DNA of 64,000 bases, filler included, from Stramenopiles sp. TOSAG23-3 (Eukaryota), in the NCBI GenBank assembly GCA_900128585.1. It is 8 parts of 8 records of this genome, joined end to end, with 100 filler letters (N's around TTAATTAATTAA, not from the genome) between each part and the next. Parts side by side here need not be neighbours in the genome. Positions count along the whole stretch, not along the records: positions 56,356 to 64,000 come from LT643122.1; 7 more parts are not named here. The stretch is one strand, 5' to 3'. The position numbers and the translations under genes are program-made. Numbering within the stretch: position 1 is the stretch's first letter; each line of letters starts with the position of its first letter. Positions 62,604 through 64,000 of the stretch are shown here, piece by piece. The notes beneath the pieces are model-generated. The model did not search any database and was not told where the DNA came from. It saw only the letters and a list, made by a program, of their open reading frames with translations.

Positions 62604-63998
62604 TTAACCAGTATGGATGTCGTGCTGTCTCATGTTGGCAATGATATGTTCTCGAAGTTTCCCTTGCTTCTTTGCGTCCAGGCTATACATAGCAGCAAAA
62701 TTGCTCGCCAAAACGCCAGCGTCGTCCCCCCGAAATATATTGATTACTCCAAACTTACCCTTCCCAATATTGACGTTCATCACAAGGTCTGGCTCCGCAT
62801 TGAATACGGCGGCAGCGCTGTCCTCTTTGCGTTCGGACATCAGTTTTGACAATGGCTCGTTCTCTTCGGGCTTTGCATCGGTTTGATCGTTGTGCAGGGC
62901 CATGTTGCGTTCGTTGTGCAATTCCTGGTGGATCTTCTGAAACGTGCGCAAGCTCTGTTCGTACCTCCCAGGTATCACCTTCCCCATCATCTCAAGCTGT
63001 TCGTCCCTCTGGCGTTTGTCCGACCGAGCCTTTCGGATGCGTTCTGCATGCTTTTGGTAGCCCCAAAGCTTCGACGTGTCCACTTTCGTAGGGGTCCCAA
63101 GGCTGTCCTTCGCCTTCTTTCCCCATGCGCGTTTCTTCGTCAATACTATTGAGGAGCGAACTGATTTCTTCATTTCCGCCAATACTTCTGGCGACGCGCT
63201 CCGGGTGCTGCGCGGCACTTTCTTCGTGGCGTGGGCCTCCGCTGCGCTCTCCCACGGCAACCGCCCCCCGAGGTCGTCAATCGCGTCCTCCAGCGCAGTG
63301 TCGACGAACTGGTTGCCTGCCTCTTCCTGATGCTCTGCAAGGGCGGCCTTCTCTTCCTCCACCTTGAGCTCGCTGCCCGAGAGCACTGGCTTGAAGGAGC
63401 AGTGGTCTTGGAACTCTTTTTCTTCCGACGTGAGATGTTGGGGGTGGCGGTTCTTGATCTGCTTCTCCAACGCATCTCGGTACAAATTGGCAAACACCAA
63501 CGTTTTTTTCCGCACCGGCATGCGCTGAAACATTTCGTCCTCCTCCGGAATGCTCCCCTCTGCCGCTTCGGCTGCCGCGCGCCGTGACTGGTTGAGGGTG
63601 CGAGAACTGTGGGAAATGCACGGTTGAAAGGTGCACTCTTCCAACTCTTCCACGACGCGCTGCTCTCGCTTGAACGCCATCCGCTTCCTCCGAATGTCCT
63701 CTTTGTACATCATCAAATCGTGTCGTTGAACTTTGGCACCCTTGTCCGGCAGTACTGATCTCGTGCGGTTCTGATCTAACTTTCGGGACAGTTTGTTGAT
63801 TTTTGGTTGAAACGTACACTCCTTCTCGTCCGAGTTGTGGTAGTGGCGGGGAGGCGGGATGTCTTTCGTCGAGACGAGGGAGCCACGGCGGGAGGGCGAG
63901 GCCGAGACGAGGGCGCCCTCCCTCCATCGCCTTCGGTCGTTCGAGGCCTGGTGGTGCCCGTGGGGCCCGTGGCCGCGCGACAGCCAGCCCAGCCACTC
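62604..63998 (-). CDS. Protist CTFQP-repeat coiled-coil protein, 5' end beyond window
   Basis: The frame stays open from 63716 to the window end (adds DEKECTFQPKIN); ECTFQP/CSFKP repeats; C-terminal VNIG.GK...I.IF.GDD...LA..FA..Y.L motif. Confidence 0.75.
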   Translation of the reverse strand, partial: EWLGWLSRGHGPHGHHQASNDRRRWREGALVSASPSRRGSLVSTKDIPPPRHYHNSDEKECTFQPKINKLSRKLDQNRTRSVLPDKGAKVQRHDLMMYKEDIRRKRMAFKREQRVVEELEECTFQPCISHSSRTLNQSRRAAAEAAEGSIPEEDEMFQRMPVRKKTLVFANLYRDALEKQIKNRHPQHLTSEEKEFQDHCSFKPVLSGSELKVEEEKAALAEHQEEAGNQFVDTALEDAIDDLGGRLPWESAAEAHATKKVPRSTRSASPEVLAEMKKSVRSSIVLTKKRAWGKKAKDSLGTPTKVDTSKLWGYQKHAERIRKARSDKRQRDEQLEMMGKVIPGRYEQSLRTFQKIHQELHNERNMALHNDQTDAKPEENEPLSKLMSERKEDSAAAVFNAEPDLVMNVNIGKGKFGVINIFRGDDAGVLASNFAAMYSLDAKKQGKLREHIIANMRQHDIHTG

Positions 63999-64000
63999 TG

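Noticed and set aside
1-64000. tRNA, rRNA or prokaryotic defence systems
   Set aside because: No cloverleaf, rRNA-like or operon-like prokaryotic signatures recognised by eye; a tRNAscan/Infernal run would be needed to exclude small RNAs formally.

Overview
This is eukaryotic (protist) DNA, most likely from a marine stramenopile-like heterotroph (inference from gene content: FTO, STPG/ODF3-like flagellar protein, xEL ER-retention signals). It is not one locus. Seven identical 100-nt linkers (44 N + TTAATTAATTAA + 44 N) join eight separate, length-sorted contigs of about 7.9-8.0 kb, so adjacency across linkers is meaningless. Seven contigs look like host DNA: mostly intron-poor GC-richer genes separated by long AT-rich, microsatellite-laden spacers. 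They encode two JmjC proteins, an MDR oxidoreductase, NUFIP1, FTO, RhoGAP, a PH-filamin protein, inositol 5-phosphatase-C2, HPRT, an SLC35A transporter, an ABCB half-transporter, a divergent kinesin, a spliced PH protein, a PhyH dioxygenase, an aminotransferase and a cyclin-U/PHO80. One contig (48326-56255) is completely different. It is wall-to-wall and intronless, with a >1870-aa NCLDV D6/D11-type SF2 helicase, a RING protein and ORFans. Every gene start visible on it shares a rigid TATA(-26/-27)...TAAATG promoter, which points to an uncharacterised large DNA virus that may make near-leaderless mRNAs. The host DNA also carries a strand-specific motif just downstream of stop codons (AAGAAAATTGGCTGTTATTT), recurring upstream motifs and several foldback/MITE-like inverted repeats.
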